Of a DNA stretch of 64,000 bases, positions 8,817 through 18,323 are shown in pieces. Source of the DNA: an uncultured virus (IMG/VR IMGVR_UViG_3300009155_000061) (lineage: Duplodnaviria > Heunggongvirae > Uroviricota > Caudoviricetes); IMG/VR virus record IMGVR_UViG_3300009155_000061; one strand, given 5' to 3'. Under the pieces are notes generated by a model that had not been told where the DNA came from, ran no database searches, and worked only from the letters and a program-made list of their open reading frames with translations. A program made the translations under genes and the position numbers. Positions within the stretch are counted from its first letter, which is position 1, and each line of letters begins with the position of its first letter.

Positions 8817-10024
8817 TTTAATGTTATTCCAAACGTTTGAAAATGATTATCTGCCTCTGGCTTTGATACAACAAAATTTTTAACTAAATCTGTATAATAA
8901 TCTAAAAATTTAAAATTTTTAACTTCAGTAATATAACTATCAAAATCACCCTTCCACGCCCATAATCTATCAAAATTATGACCATCTGTCTTTTGATATG
9001 TTTGTAACTGTAATGCAGTTGAAAGATATATTACTGTTTCATCATTAATTTCTTCTTTATTAAAAGCTTCTGCAGAAGAGATAAAATCTGAAATAACATC
9101 TTCTGGCGTTTCAAGTTTTACTGTACCCGCTAATATGAGATTAAAAACATCTTGTACAGTTGAACCTTCTATTTTTTGAATTTCTTTTGTAGCGTTCTTA
9201 AGATTTTGAGCTAGCTGTGACGACCCCTCACCAATCGTTTCATATTCTTTAGATATTTGATTTTTAATATAAAATTTATTCATATATGCCTTTATACCCG
9301 CCAAAGCACTTCCAGGGGAACCCTTACCCATTCTACCCTCATTACCCTTTACTTCAAAAGTTACATCGCCAATATCAATTTTATTAATTTTAATATCACC
9401 ACCTTTAGAAGCTTTTTCTGCGTTAGCAAAAAATATAGTTATAGCAAATTCAGGCTCGCCTAAAGCAACACTGCCTTTACCAGATATCTGGCAAAGAGCT
9501 CTTATCAAATCTTCACCGTACCTACCATTTGTTTTTTTGTTTATAAAATCAACTAAATTAAAGCGTTCATTAAGAGGAGGAAGTTCTTTTATTTTATATC
9601 TCGGATCCGATAATTCTATTAAAGTTGTTTTTAAAGCCTTGTTAATCTCATTTGCATCTGTTATACCTTTAGAATTTAAGAGTTTAGATAGAATACTTCG
9701 TATTCTTTCCTTTACAATTCTAGCAGCATCAAGAGCCCCCTTACTCTTTAACGAGCCTTTAATAGTATCTAATGCAAGTTTTGATAATTCTTCTTCTCCT
9801 TTTTTAGGAGGTAATTCATAAGACATACCTTTCTCTTTTTTTGTTGTCTTATATCCTTCTTCTGGTTCTATTCCAGGTAAATGATATTGTACTTCTTCTC
9901 CAGGCTTTGGCGTTCTTGTTTTTAATTCTTCACCTAATATTGTTTGCCTAGGGAGAGGCGGAACAGCCTTAGCAAACGATTCTGCTATATATACATCTTG
10001 TAAGCTTTTGTACGGCTTCTGCAT
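8813..10024 (-). CDS. hypothetical protein with putative PD-(D/E)xK nuclease domain
   Basis: GEPE...GGDIKINK...FEVKG pattern; stop overlaps the next start (ATGA). Confidence 0.55.
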   Translation of the reverse strand: MQKPYKSLQDVYIAESFAKAVPPLPRQTILGEELKTRTPKPGEEVQYHLPGIEPEEGYKTTKKEKGMSYELPPKKGEEELSKLALDTIKGSLKSKGALDAARIVKERIRSILSKLLNSKGITDANEINKALKTTLIELSDPRYKIKELPPLNERFNLVDFINKKTNGRYGEDLIRALCQISGKGSVALGEPEFAITIFFANAEKASKGGDIKINKIDIGDVTFEVKGNEGRMGKGSPGSALAGIKAYMNKFYIKNQISKEYETIGEGSSQLAQNLKNATKEIQKIEGSTVQDVFNLILAGTVKLETPEDVISDFISSAEAFNKEEINDETVIYLSTALQLQTYQKTDGHNFDRLWAWKGDFDSYITEVKNFKFLDYYTDLVKNFVVSKPEADNHFQTFGITLK

Positions 10025-10029
10025 TGCAA

Positions 10030-10455
10030 TTACACATTAGTACTATGTTGCTTCATCATACCAAGAAGCTGCTTATACTTCTGCATGAAATTATTCTCAT
10101 TAATTGAATCTTCAAACTTCTTTAAATTTGGATTACTCAATCTTTCTGGATTATCCTCATAATTTGCGTTTGTGTTAATAGCATCCTGCAAGCCTTCACG
10201 TACCGCTATAGCATTTTCTTGTGTAATAGGCTCAGTAAAAAGTGCATCGATAGAGCCTGGAGGTATATGCATTACTAATGCTTTAGCAAGCAAGCGAACC
10301 ATATCTACATATCCTTCAGGAGGTAAAGAAGCTGGTGCTTGAGCTTGCGCGGCTGGAGCTTGTGCCTGCGGAGCTGGTGCTGTCGCGTCTTGTTGCTGTT
10401 CATCTGCTTCTTTTAAAGTAGATAGAAGCTTTTCTACTTTTTCAGTAAAAGTCAT
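10030..10455 (-). CDS. hypothetical late protein with Ala/Pro/Gln linker
   Basis: 141 aa ORF preceded by TATAAATA. Confidence 0.75.
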   Translation of the reverse strand: MTFTEKVEKLLSTLKEADEQQQDATAPAPQAQAPAAQAQAPASLPPEGYVDMVRLLAKALVMHIPPGSIDALFTEPITQENAIAVREGLQDAINTNANYEDNPERLSNPNLKKFEDSINENNFMQKYKQLLGMMKQHSTNV

Positions 10456-10460
10456 ATTAT

Positions 10461-10468
10461 TATTTATA
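10461..10468 (-). promoter_or_regulatory. T4-type late promoter TATAAATA driving the 10455-6937 operon
   Basis: Exact T4 late consensus 5 nt before the ATG; gp55 is encoded in the window. Confidence 0.75.
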
Positions 10469-10471
10469 CTT

Positions 10472-11038
10472 TTAAACTATAAGAAGTTGTTTAGTCTTAA
10501 GATGATTAAAGTATGTTTGATTAAGAAACGTCAAATTATTCTTCATAGTAAAGGTTTTAACGTTGCTAAACGTATATTTCTCGAAATTAACGCTTTCTAG
10601 ATAACATCGTATACTATTAACTAGCTCAACACCTCTACCATCTTTCTTCTCTATTAAATGAGTAAAGAAGTCAAAAGAATAAGGAGATATATAAATACGA
10701 ACAGGTAATAGTTTCTTTATCTTTAAAGCAACAGCATTTAAAACACGCAATATCTCATCCTCTTTAAAATGCTTAAAAATTTGGCAATCTTCGCTAAGAT
10801 GAGATATATTAAAATATATTATACTTTTTTCCTTACTCTTTTCACTTAGAAGGGTTTCACAAATACGTAGAATTGTATAATGATAAAAAAACTTACGCGC
10901 GTCTGAAGTTATTCTATCTTTTAAAAGATTATATCTATGTAAATCGTTAACAAGATCGGTATCTATTTTTTTCTGAAAAATGCTATCAAAGTTTATTAGA
11001 CAAAAGTTATAGTGTTTAAAGTCGAGCTTTTTAAGCAT
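10472..11038 (-). CDS. hypothetical protein
   Basis: 188 aa ORF; TTGATT-N16-GATAAT upstream. Confidence 0.7.
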   Translation of the reverse strand: MLKKLDFKHYNFCLINFDSIFQKKIDTDLVNDLHRYNLLKDRITSDARKFFYHYTILRICETLLSEKSKEKSIIYFNISHLSEDCQIFKHFKEDEILRVLNAVALKIKKLLPVRIYISPYSFDFFTHLIEKKDGRGVELVNSIRCYLESVNFEKYTFSNVKTFTMKNNLTFLNQTYFNHLKTKQLLIV

Positions 11039-11063
11039 ATCTTATTATCAAAGAAAATAAAAC

Positions 11064-11477
11064 TTAATCAAGAAATTTTTTAGGAGGTCGACCTATTCTT
11101 ACATTTATAATACCATTATAATAATCATCCCTCAACAATACATTATTGTCAAGCTGCTCTTTTATTTCAAAGTAAGCTAATTCCCATTTAGATCCGCACG
11201 CTCTTAAAATTTTAAAAATAAATTTGTCTTTACCATATTTTTGTATATCAGAGTTTAATTCATTTGACGAACTAGTATATTCCTTCCAATCTGATTCTTT
11301 AATCTCTATTCTCTTGTTAACCTTACCCTTTAATGGTTTACGTTTAAGTTTTGACTTACATTGTTTCTTACCAATATACCTTTTATTTGTTACTGTATTA
11401 GTTATCTCATATATAAAGCCAAATGTTTCCTCATTTAAAGTTACATTTTCAGCCAATAGCCAATGTCCAAGATCCAT
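11064..11477 (-). CDS. GIY-YIG family endonuclease (short, Seg-like)
   Basis: FGFIYEITN...KRYIGKK, YFE, YYNGII; start moved to ATG 11477. Confidence 0.8.
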   Translation of the reverse strand: MDLGHWLLAENVTLNEETFGFIYEITNTVTNKRYIGKKQCKSKLKRKPLKGKVNKRIEIKESDWKEYTSSSNELNSDIQKYGKDKFIFKILRACGSKWELAYFEIKEQLDNNVLLRDDYYNGIINVRIGRPPKKFLD

Positions 11478-11484
11478 CTTATAC

Positions 11485-11748
11485 TTACATTCCAAAAGAG
11501 AATGGTCTACGTGCAAAAAATGTTTTAGTTTTCTTCTTTAATTTTTTCTTTCTTTTGTCATTAACTGAGCCGAGAAAAGAAGGAACACGCGCATCTCCAG
11601 GAGCATAGCCTTTGTCGTTTTGAGCTGGGAATTGATTTCCTGTAGACCCCATAGATCCTGTAGGACCTGCTCCAAAAACACTGCCAGATCCACCAGCAAC
11701 ATTATCTTCTGTTATTATTTTGTTAAATGCTTGTTCAAAGAGATTCAT
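11485..11748 (-). CDS. small Gly-rich late protein with basic C-terminus
   Basis: 87 aa; TATAAATA 11761-11768 upstream; N-terminus MNLFEQAFNKIITE/D. Confidence 0.7.
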   Translation of the reverse strand: MNLFEQAFNKIITEDNVAGGSGSVFGAGPTGSMGSTGNQFPAQNDKGYAPGDARVPSFLGSVNDKRKKKLKKKTKTFFARRPFSFGM

Positions 11749-11777
11749 TGATTTTTAATATATTTATACTATTATTT

Positions 11778-12176
11778 ATGAAAATGTTACTCGAAGATTA
11801 TATAAAAGAACTAGAAAGCGACTTAAAAATTGATGAACTCATTATTAAGGAGTATCAGTTAAAGCTACCTGGTATAAAGCATAAATGGGCAGGTAGATGT
11901 ATACGTCATAAGTTAGAAGTAATAAAACTACGTAAAGACCGTGAATTACATAAAAAAACTCTTGTCGATAAGATACAAGAACAAAGCCCTGTAAAGCTTG
12001 CTCTTCCTGTCGTTGAGCGTACTGCAGAAAAGCATAGCGAAATTATAGAGCTTGATAACAAGATAAAAGAACTTGAACTTATAATTGAATTGCTAGAAAA
12101 ATCTGAAAAGACTCTTAGTTCAACATCTTACGATATTAAAAATATAATTGATATTATAAAACTTGAAACGACATGA
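11778..12176 (+). CDS. uvsY: recombination mediator UvsY
   Basis: DLKIDE...KLPGIKHKW...SYDIKNIID pattern; directly upstream of uvsW. Confidence 0.75.
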   Translation: MKMLLEDYIKELESDLKIDELIIKEYQLKLPGIKHKWAGRCIRHKLEVIKLRKDRELHKKTLVDKIQEQSPVKLALPVVERTAEKHSEIIELDNKIKELELIIELLEKSEKTLSSTSYDIKNIIDIIKLETT

Positions 12177-13630
12177 TTAATTTTAGTTTTGATGAAAAAA
12201 AGAACGCAGGTATAATCTCAGGAGATTGTTTTGAAGAGATAAGAGAAAACTTTTCCGTAAAAAACGAAGCTGCTTTTTTTATGCGCAGAAAGTACGGCAG
12301 ATTTTTACCTCAAAGAACATATGCTATCACGCCTACGGGTAGATTTGATCCCGGATTATATTTTGAAATAAGAAAATATCTTGCAAATAAACAATATGTG
12401 GGAGAAGTTAAGACGGAAGATACGTTGCTCAAAGAAATTATGCCATCAAAAGGTCTTCAGGCTGATACTCGCTTTAGTTATGAGCCTATTCCTCTCTCTA
12501 TATCATTAAGAGATTATCAAGAAGAAATTGTCAAGAAGGCTCTTTCAATAGGTAGAGGTACAATTGTTCTTGCTACAGCGGGCGGTAAAACATTGACCGC
12601 TGCATCGCTTTTAACAAAATTATTCTTACTACATGGTTCAAAATTTAATTGTCTATATATTGTTCCTGATCTCGGTCTTGTAGAGCAAACATCAGCCGAT
12701 TTTTCATCATACAAAGTACCATATACAGTAAGAAAATGGACAGGTAGTTGTGAGCTTAAAGAAAACGCAAACGTAACAATAGCTAATTTAGGTATTTTAC
12801 AAAGTAAAAATACAGATTTATCTTGGTTAGAAAATATAGATGTATTGGTAGTTGACGAGGTACATAAGATAAGAAGAGGAAATGAAGTTAATAAAATTTT
12901 AAAAAAAATAAAAACACCTTTTAGATTTGGTTTTACAGGTACTATGCCTGAAAATTTGTTAGATCAATGGAATATTATAGGCAAGATAGGTCCTATAATA
13001 TATGAAAAAAATAGCTACGAACTTAGATTAGAAAATTATGTTAGTAGTGCTATTATACAGATTATAAAACTTTACTATAAAGAAGATCCTTTTAAAGACC
13101 TTGTTATATCTTCTATGAATATGTATCGTGAAGAACAAAGATTTTTATTACGCAATAAATTTAGAAACGAGCTATTGGCTAAGATATCCTGTAAACTGCC
13201 TAAAAATGTTCTTATCCTTGTAGATTTTATTGAGCATGGTGAAACATTATATAATGTAATTAGAGATATGTGTGGCGGTAAGCAGATTTATTTTATACGA
13301 GGCGAAGTCGAAGTAGCAGAAAGAGATAAAATTAGAAAGCTAATGGAAGAAAACGATGATATTGTTGTAGTTGCAATATCTAAGATATTTTCTACTGGTA
13401 TTAACATTAAAAATCTTCATTATATTGTCTTTGCCTGCGGCGGAAAAGCGAAAATAAAGATAGTACAGTCGATAGGAAGAGGTTTGCGCTTGCATAAGGA
13501 TAAGGATAAGCTTATAATCATTGATGTTGCGGATGAACTGAAGTATAGTTCAGCTCATATGCAAAAACGAATACAACTTTATGAAAAAGAAAAAATCAAT
13601 TACACGATTAAGAAAATCCAAGAACCCTAG
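12173..13630 (+). CDS. uvsW: UvsW-like SF2 DNA helicase
   Basis: LRDYQ, ATAGGKT, DEVH, GFTGT, FSTGINIKNLH, QSIGRGLR. Confidence 0.92.
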   Translation: MINFSFDEKKNAGIISGDCFEEIRENFSVKNEAAFFMRRKYGRFLPQRTYAITPTGRFDPGLYFEIRKYLANKQYVGEVKTEDTLLKEIMPSKGLQADTRFSYEPIPLSISLRDYQEEIVKKALSIGRGTIVLATAGGKTLTAASLLTKLFLLHGSKFNCLYIVPDLGLVEQTSADFSSYKVPYTVRKWTGSCELKENANVTIANLGILQSKNTDLSWLENIDVLVVDEVHKIRRGNEVNKILKKIKTPFRFGFTGTMPENLLDQWNIIGKIGPIIYEKNSYELRLENYVSSAIIQIIKLYYKEDPFKDLVISSMNMYREEQRFLLRNKFRNELLAKISCKLPKNVLILVDFIEHGETLYNVIRDMCGGKQIYFIRGEVEVAERDKIRKLMEENDDIVVVAISKIFSTGINIKNLHYIVFACGGKAKIKIVQSIGRGLRLHKDKDKLIIIDVADELKYSSAHMQKRIQLYEKEKINYTIKKIQEP

Positions 13631-14183
13631 TCCAACTAAAGCTAAAAAAGAGCTTATAGTAGAGCAGGATCCAGAGCTTAAGAAGCTTTTAAAAGACCCT
13701 ATACTACCTGCGCCACCAGTTGTTGCGAAAAAACTTAAAGCAAAAGAAAAGGTTCATTATGTTAACGGTAAAGAGTTCGAAGAAGAAATTCGCAATTATT
13801 ATAATTCAGGCCATATTACACAGAAGTTAGGTGAGAGCTTAACAAAGATAGCAAACGGCTTAAGCTATGCGCCAAATTTTATTAATTACTCCTACAAAGA
13901 TGACATGATAGGCGATGCTATTGTAAAGATGTTTTCCGCTCTACGTAATAAAAAGTTTAAACTCGATACTGGGTTTAGTCCGTTTTCATATTTTACTACT
14001 ATTGCATTTCATGCTTTTATTAACAGAATTAAGAAAGAAAATAAGCATCATCAAGTATTAAATGAATATAGAGATAAAGTTTATACAGAGCATATGATTG
14101 ATCCAGAGCAAATGGGTGGAGCTCATATATATGTGCAACCTACGCACAATACAGATGATGACAATTATAATACTACTGAGTGA
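13581..14183 (+). CDS. late-transcription sigma factor gp55
   Basis: HYVNGKEF, KIANGLSYAPNFINYSYKDDMIGDA, PFSYFTTIAFHAFINRIKKE. Confidence 0.9.
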   Translation: MKKKKSITRLRKSKNPSPTKAKKELIVEQDPELKKLLKDPILPAPPVVAKKLKAKEKVHYVNGKEFEEEIRNYYNSGHITQKLGESLTKIANGLSYAPNFINYSYKDDMIGDAIVKMFSALRNKKFKLDTGFSPFSYFTTIAFHAFINRIKKENKHHQVLNEYRDKVYTEHMIDPEQMGGAHIYVQPTHNTDDDNYNTTE

Positions 14184-15244
14184 AAAAAACAGACGAATTA
14201 ATTACGAGAAGCGATAAGATTTGTTGTATAGCTGACCTACACATCGGTGTACATCAAAATAGTATCTTTTGGCATGAAACTGCTCTTAGGTGGGCCGAAT
14301 GGCTTAAGAATGAACTAAATCAAAAAGAAATAAAAGACATTTTTATTCTTGGCGACTTATATCATTATAGAGATGAGATTGCAGTTAATACAATTCATGT
14401 TGTTAATCAAATTCTTAATTTGTGGTCAGATTTTAATATTGTTATATTAGTAGGTAATCACGATGCGTTCTATAAAGACAGAGCTGATATTAATTCATTA
14501 TCGATACTTAACGGCTGGAAAAATATCACTATTATTAGTGAACCACAAACGTTTAAGATATACGGTAAAACTTGTTCATTTTTACCCTGGGGCGCGAGTG
14601 TAAAAGAAATTAAAAAGTCCGATGTTATATTTGGTCATCTAGAAATTGAGAGTTTTAAGATGAATAGCCATAAGCATTGTGATCATGGTATAAAAACATC
14701 CGATCTTTTATCTCGTGCTGATTTGACTATGACTGGCCATTTTCATTTAAGAGATGAGCGCAAATATGGTAATCAGAATATTATTTACGTAGGTAATCCG
14801 TTTGAAATGGATTTCGGAGATACAGGTTCAACAAAAGGTTATTATATACTTGATCTTAATAGTCTTAAGTACACATTTTACGAGAATGTATTATCACCCA
14901 AACATAAAAAAATAGCACTATCAGATTTACAAGAATTAAAATCAAATATAAACGAAGAAATTAATAATAATATTGTTAAAGTTATTATAGATAAAAAAAT
15001 AACTAGTGATAATATCGATACACTAATACAAAAATTATCTACACATAAACCGTTTACACTATCTGTTGATTATACGTTATTTGACAATAGTATAGCAGTT
15101 AATGATGAGCAATCTGTTGACTTATCTGGTGTAGATATGAGTAAAGCTATAGAAGAATTTATTAATTTACTTGATATAGATAAGAAAGCGGAAGTATCGA
15201 GCTATTGTTCCGAATTATATAAACGCGCAGGTAGTACATCATGA
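14180..15244 (+). CDS. gp47 recombination nuclease (Mre11/SbcD-like)
   Basis: ADLHIG, LGD, VGNHD, GHLE, TGHFH phosphoesterase motifs. Confidence 0.92.
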   Translation: MKKTDELITRSDKICCIADLHIGVHQNSIFWHETALRWAEWLKNELNQKEIKDIFILGDLYHYRDEIAVNTIHVVNQILNLWSDFNIVILVGNHDAFYKDRADINSLSILNGWKNITIISEPQTFKIYGKTCSFLPWGASVKEIKKSDVIFGHLEIESFKMNSHKHCDHGIKTSDLLSRADLTMTGHFHLRDERKYGNQNIIYVGNPFEMDFGDTGSTKGYYILDLNSLKYTFYENVLSPKHKKIALSDLQELKSNINEEINNNIVKVIIDKKITSDNIDTLIQKLSTHKPFTLSVDYTLFDNSIAVNDEQSVDLSGVDMSKAIEEFINLLDIDKKAEVSSYCSELYKRAGSTS

Positions 15245-17052
15245 AGAATATTATTTTTAAAAAGATTAGTATTAAGAACTTTCTCTCCGTTGGTAATCAA
15301 CCGGTAAATGTCGACTTTAGAAAAGGTCTTCATATTATTACAGGTCTCAATAAAGATAAAGAAGATAGGCGTAATGGTGTTGGTAAGTCAACAATAGCAG
15401 ACGCTATATACTTTGGTGTTTTCGGTGAAACGCTAAGAGATCTCAAGAAAGAAAATATTATTAATAATGTTAATCGTAAGAACTGTGAAGTTATACTTGA
15501 TATATCTATTCAGCAATATGATAAAGCAGAAGACATACAAATTATTAGAACATTAGAGCCTTCTAAGTGTCATATCTTTGTTAATGGTGAAGATAAAACA
15601 CGCGATAGTATTTCAAATACAAATAGCTTTATAATGTCTAAATTTAATTGTACCCCTGAAATATTTCAAAACTGTGTCATTATGACGGTAAACAATACTA
15701 TACCGTTTATGGCAAAAAAGAAACAAGAGAAGCGAAAATTTATTGAAGATATTTTTAATCTTGGAGTTTTTAGCAATATGCTTACGCTTCTTAAAGCAGA
15801 TATTACCGATAAAAAGAAAACTTTTGATATTGAGACTACGAAATATGATGAAGTAGCTAAAAGTATTAGTACGTATGAAAAGCAGAAAGAAAACTCTGCT
15901 CTTGAGCGAGAGAGAAAGAAAGAAAAATATCTTACTCGAAAGAAGAATAACGCTAGTGAAATAAAAACTATTAGTACTACACTCGAAAAATTTGAACTAC
16001 CTGATGTACAGAATCTTAAAAAAGAAATATTAGAACAAGAGCAGAACAGAGAAAAAGTCGATAAAAAGATACAGAGTATTAGACATTCTATTACAGAAAA
16101 TACAACATTGATAGCACAGTTAACTAAAAAAATAACTGCTGTCGGTACAGATAAAGATGTTTGTCCAACCTGTTTACGATCAATAGAAGAAACTGATCGT
16201 ACGCATATAAAGGACGAAAAAACTAAAATTAAAAGCGAAATAAAGACGCATGAAGTACAGATTGATACACTTAAAGAAGAGGAGAAACAATTTTTAGCAG
16301 TTGAAGATAAACTAGAGATACGTATACAAAAGATAAGAGATGGTATTAACACATATCAGCATAAGCTTAAAGAAAAAAATAATCTAGAAGAAAGGTTGAA
16401 TCAACTTAACAAGTGGCAGGTAGAGCTCGATCAAGATTTAAAAGATATTGAAACAGATTCAACAGCATTTGATAATCTATTAAAAGAGCAAAATCACAGA
16501 CTTACTGCAGTTAAGCTAGATCTCGAAACATTAAAAGAGACATTAAACACTCTTGATGTTGTTAAATTTGTTGTTTCGGAAGAAGGAGTAAAATCATATA
16601 TTGTTAAGAAAATTCTTCAATTGTTTAACAGTAAGCTAGCATACTATCTTAAAAAGATGGATGCAAATTGTTCTTGTGTGTTTAACGAATATTTTGAAGA
16701 AGAGATTATAGATAATAAAGGTAAGCAATGTTCTTATTTTAATTTTAGCGGTGCTGAAAGAAAGAATATCGACTTAGCATGCTTGTTTACGTTTATGGAT
16801 ATTCGCCGACTGCAGGGTGATGTATCGTTTAATTTTAGCATATATGACGAATTATTTGATTCTAGTTTAGATGAAAAAGGCGTCGAACTTGTTATTGGAA
16901 TTCTTAAAGAGAGAGTAGATAAATTCAACGAATGTATAATGGTTATTAGTCATCGTAAAGAAAGTATTAAAGCTGCAACCGGTGATATTATTTTCCTTGA
17001 AAAGACAAATGGTATAACAAAACGAGTTGATTATAAAGAATATAATGCATAA
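15241..17052 (+). CDS. gp46 recombination ATPase (Rad50/SbcC-like)
   Basis: KNFLSVG, NGVGKST, coiled coil with CPTC hook, FSGAE, YDELFDSSLD, VISH. Confidence 0.93.
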   Translation: MKNIIFKKISIKNFLSVGNQPVNVDFRKGLHIITGLNKDKEDRRNGVGKSTIADAIYFGVFGETLRDLKKENIINNVNRKNCEVILDISIQQYDKAEDIQIIRTLEPSKCHIFVNGEDKTRDSISNTNSFIMSKFNCTPEIFQNCVIMTVNNTIPFMAKKKQEKRKFIEDIFNLGVFSNMLTLLKADITDKKKTFDIETTKYDEVAKSISTYEKQKENSALERERKKEKYLTRKKNNASEIKTISTTLEKFELPDVQNLKKEILEQEQNREKVDKKIQSIRHSITENTTLIAQLTKKITAVGTDKDVCPTCLRSIEETDRTHIKDEKTKIKSEIKTHEVQIDTLKEEEKQFLAVEDKLEIRIQKIRDGINTYQHKLKEKNNLEERLNQLNKWQVELDQDLKDIETDSTAFDNLLKEQNHRLTAVKLDLETLKETLNTLDVVKFVVSEEGVKSYIVKKILQLFNSKLAYYLKKMDANCSCVFNEYFEEEIIDNKGKQCSYFNFSGAERKNIDLACLFTFMDIRRLQGDVSFNFSIYDELFDSSLDEKGVELVIGILKERVDKFNECIMVISHRKESIKAATGDIIFLEKTNGITKRVDYKEYNA

Positions 17053-17060
17053 TTAAAACA

Positions 17061-18275
17061 ATGATCCCAGGACCCTTTGTACAGCCTTTTGCTTCACCAT
17101 TTGTTCAACCGTTTCCAAGCATGCCAGGGCAACAGCAACAAAACGCATTGCCACGCCCACCTGAGCTTGATTTAAATAGATCGTTAAATTATTATGCCGA
17201 TTATAGTGGATGCGGCTTCTGGCGTATGATTTGGCCAGAGCATCTTTTAAATGCACATAGTAAGAGTGTTGTACATGGTAGTACTGTAATGTGCTTTGAT
17301 CCTAACTATTATCGTGGTATTAAAACTGTCCGTATTCAAAGACAGGCTACCGTACAGCAAGCTAAGTTTATTGAATTCTTAAAAGACTTAAGTAGAAAGC
17401 ATGATTTTAAAATTATCTATGAAATTGACGATCTAGTGTTTAGCGAAGATATTCCGGAATATAATAAATTCAAACCTGCATTTACTGATCCTGAGATCCG
17501 TAAGACCGCACAACGTATTATGGAGATGTGTGATGAGATTACTGTGACATGTGATTTCATGAAAGATTATTACATGAGTAAGACTTCTAACAAGAACGTT
17601 ACCGTTATCCCGAACTACCCTCCAAAATGGTGGATGGGTAATTTTTATAGTGATAGACGAATTTCAGAGAATTATGATTTAAATGAAAAGCGTCCCCGTA
17701 TTCTTTATGCAGGATCTGGCGCGCATTTTGATGTTGATAACAGAGTAAATCAAAATGATGACTTCTTTCATGTATGTGATACTATCATTAAAACCCGTCA
17801 CAAATATAGATGGGTCTTCTTAGGTGCATTTCCTTTACCTCTCAGACCATATGTTATGAATGGCGATCTTGAGTTTCATCCATGGGAAAATCTATATAAC
17901 TACCCAGAAAAGATTTTTAATCTCAAGGTTAATATGCTTGTTGCACCTCTTCAAGATAATACGTTTAATAGAGCCAAGAGCGACCTGAAGTACATTGAAG
18001 CGTGTTGCTACGGTCTACCAATTGCCTGTCAAGATATTGTAACATACAGTGAAGCGCCTATCAAGTTTAAGACAGGCGATGAAATGATTGGATGTATTGA
18101 AGACACTCTTCTCAAGAAAGGTAAGTATATGAATCAGTGCGCTAAGTTTAGAAAAGTCGCAGAATCGCGCTGGCTTGAGAATGAAGACAATATTAACAAA
18201 TATGTTGAGCTATATAATATGCCATATGGTCATTCAGATAGAAAGCTGCTTAACGTAATTAACGGATTAAAGTAG
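17061..18275 (+). CDS. glycosyltransferase (GT-B, GT4-like)
   Basis: SGCGFWRMIWP, YEIDD, APLQDNTFNRAKSDLKYIEACCYGLPIAC. Confidence 0.75.
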   Translation: MIPGPFVQPFASPFVQPFPSMPGQQQQNALPRPPELDLNRSLNYYADYSGCGFWRMIWPEHLLNAHSKSVVHGSTVMCFDPNYYRGIKTVRIQRQATVQQAKFIEFLKDLSRKHDFKIIYEIDDLVFSEDIPEYNKFKPAFTDPEIRKTAQRIMEMCDEITVTCDFMKDYYMSKTSNKNVTVIPNYPPKWWMGNFYSDRRISENYDLNEKRPRILYAGSGAHFDVDNRVNQNDDFFHVCDTIIKTRHKYRWVFLGAFPLPLRPYVMNGDLEFHPWENLYNYPEKIFNLKVNMLVAPLQDNTFNRAKSDLKYIEACCYGLPIACQDIVTYSEAPIKFKTGDEMIGCIEDTLLKKGKYMNQCAKFRKVAESRWLENEDNINKYVELYNMPYGHSDRKLLNVINGLK

Positions 18276-18289
18276 TCAAAATATTAACA

Positions 18290-18317
18290 TTGTACTTCTC
18301 AGAATATAATATATAAT
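18290..18317 (+). promoter_or_regulatory. sigma70-type promoter of DNA polymerase (TTGTAC-N16-TATAAT, 6 nt before GTG)
   Basis: Read directly. Confidence 0.65.
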
Positions 18318-18323
18318 TGGATT

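Noticed and set aside
10472..11038. Degenerate T4 RNase H / 5'-3' exonuclease
   Set aside because: Only a vague N-terminal resemblance; conserved acidic motifs such as EADD are missing and the protein is too short
11064..11477. GIY-YIG gene as a mobile homing element
   Set aside because: Free-standing, no intron context and no C-terminal DNA-binding domain, so kept as a plain CDS
15666..16352. 228 aa antisense ORF inside gp46, and similar short shadow ORFs in the track
   Set aside because: Mirror of coding sequence on the other strand; no promoter or recognisable motif
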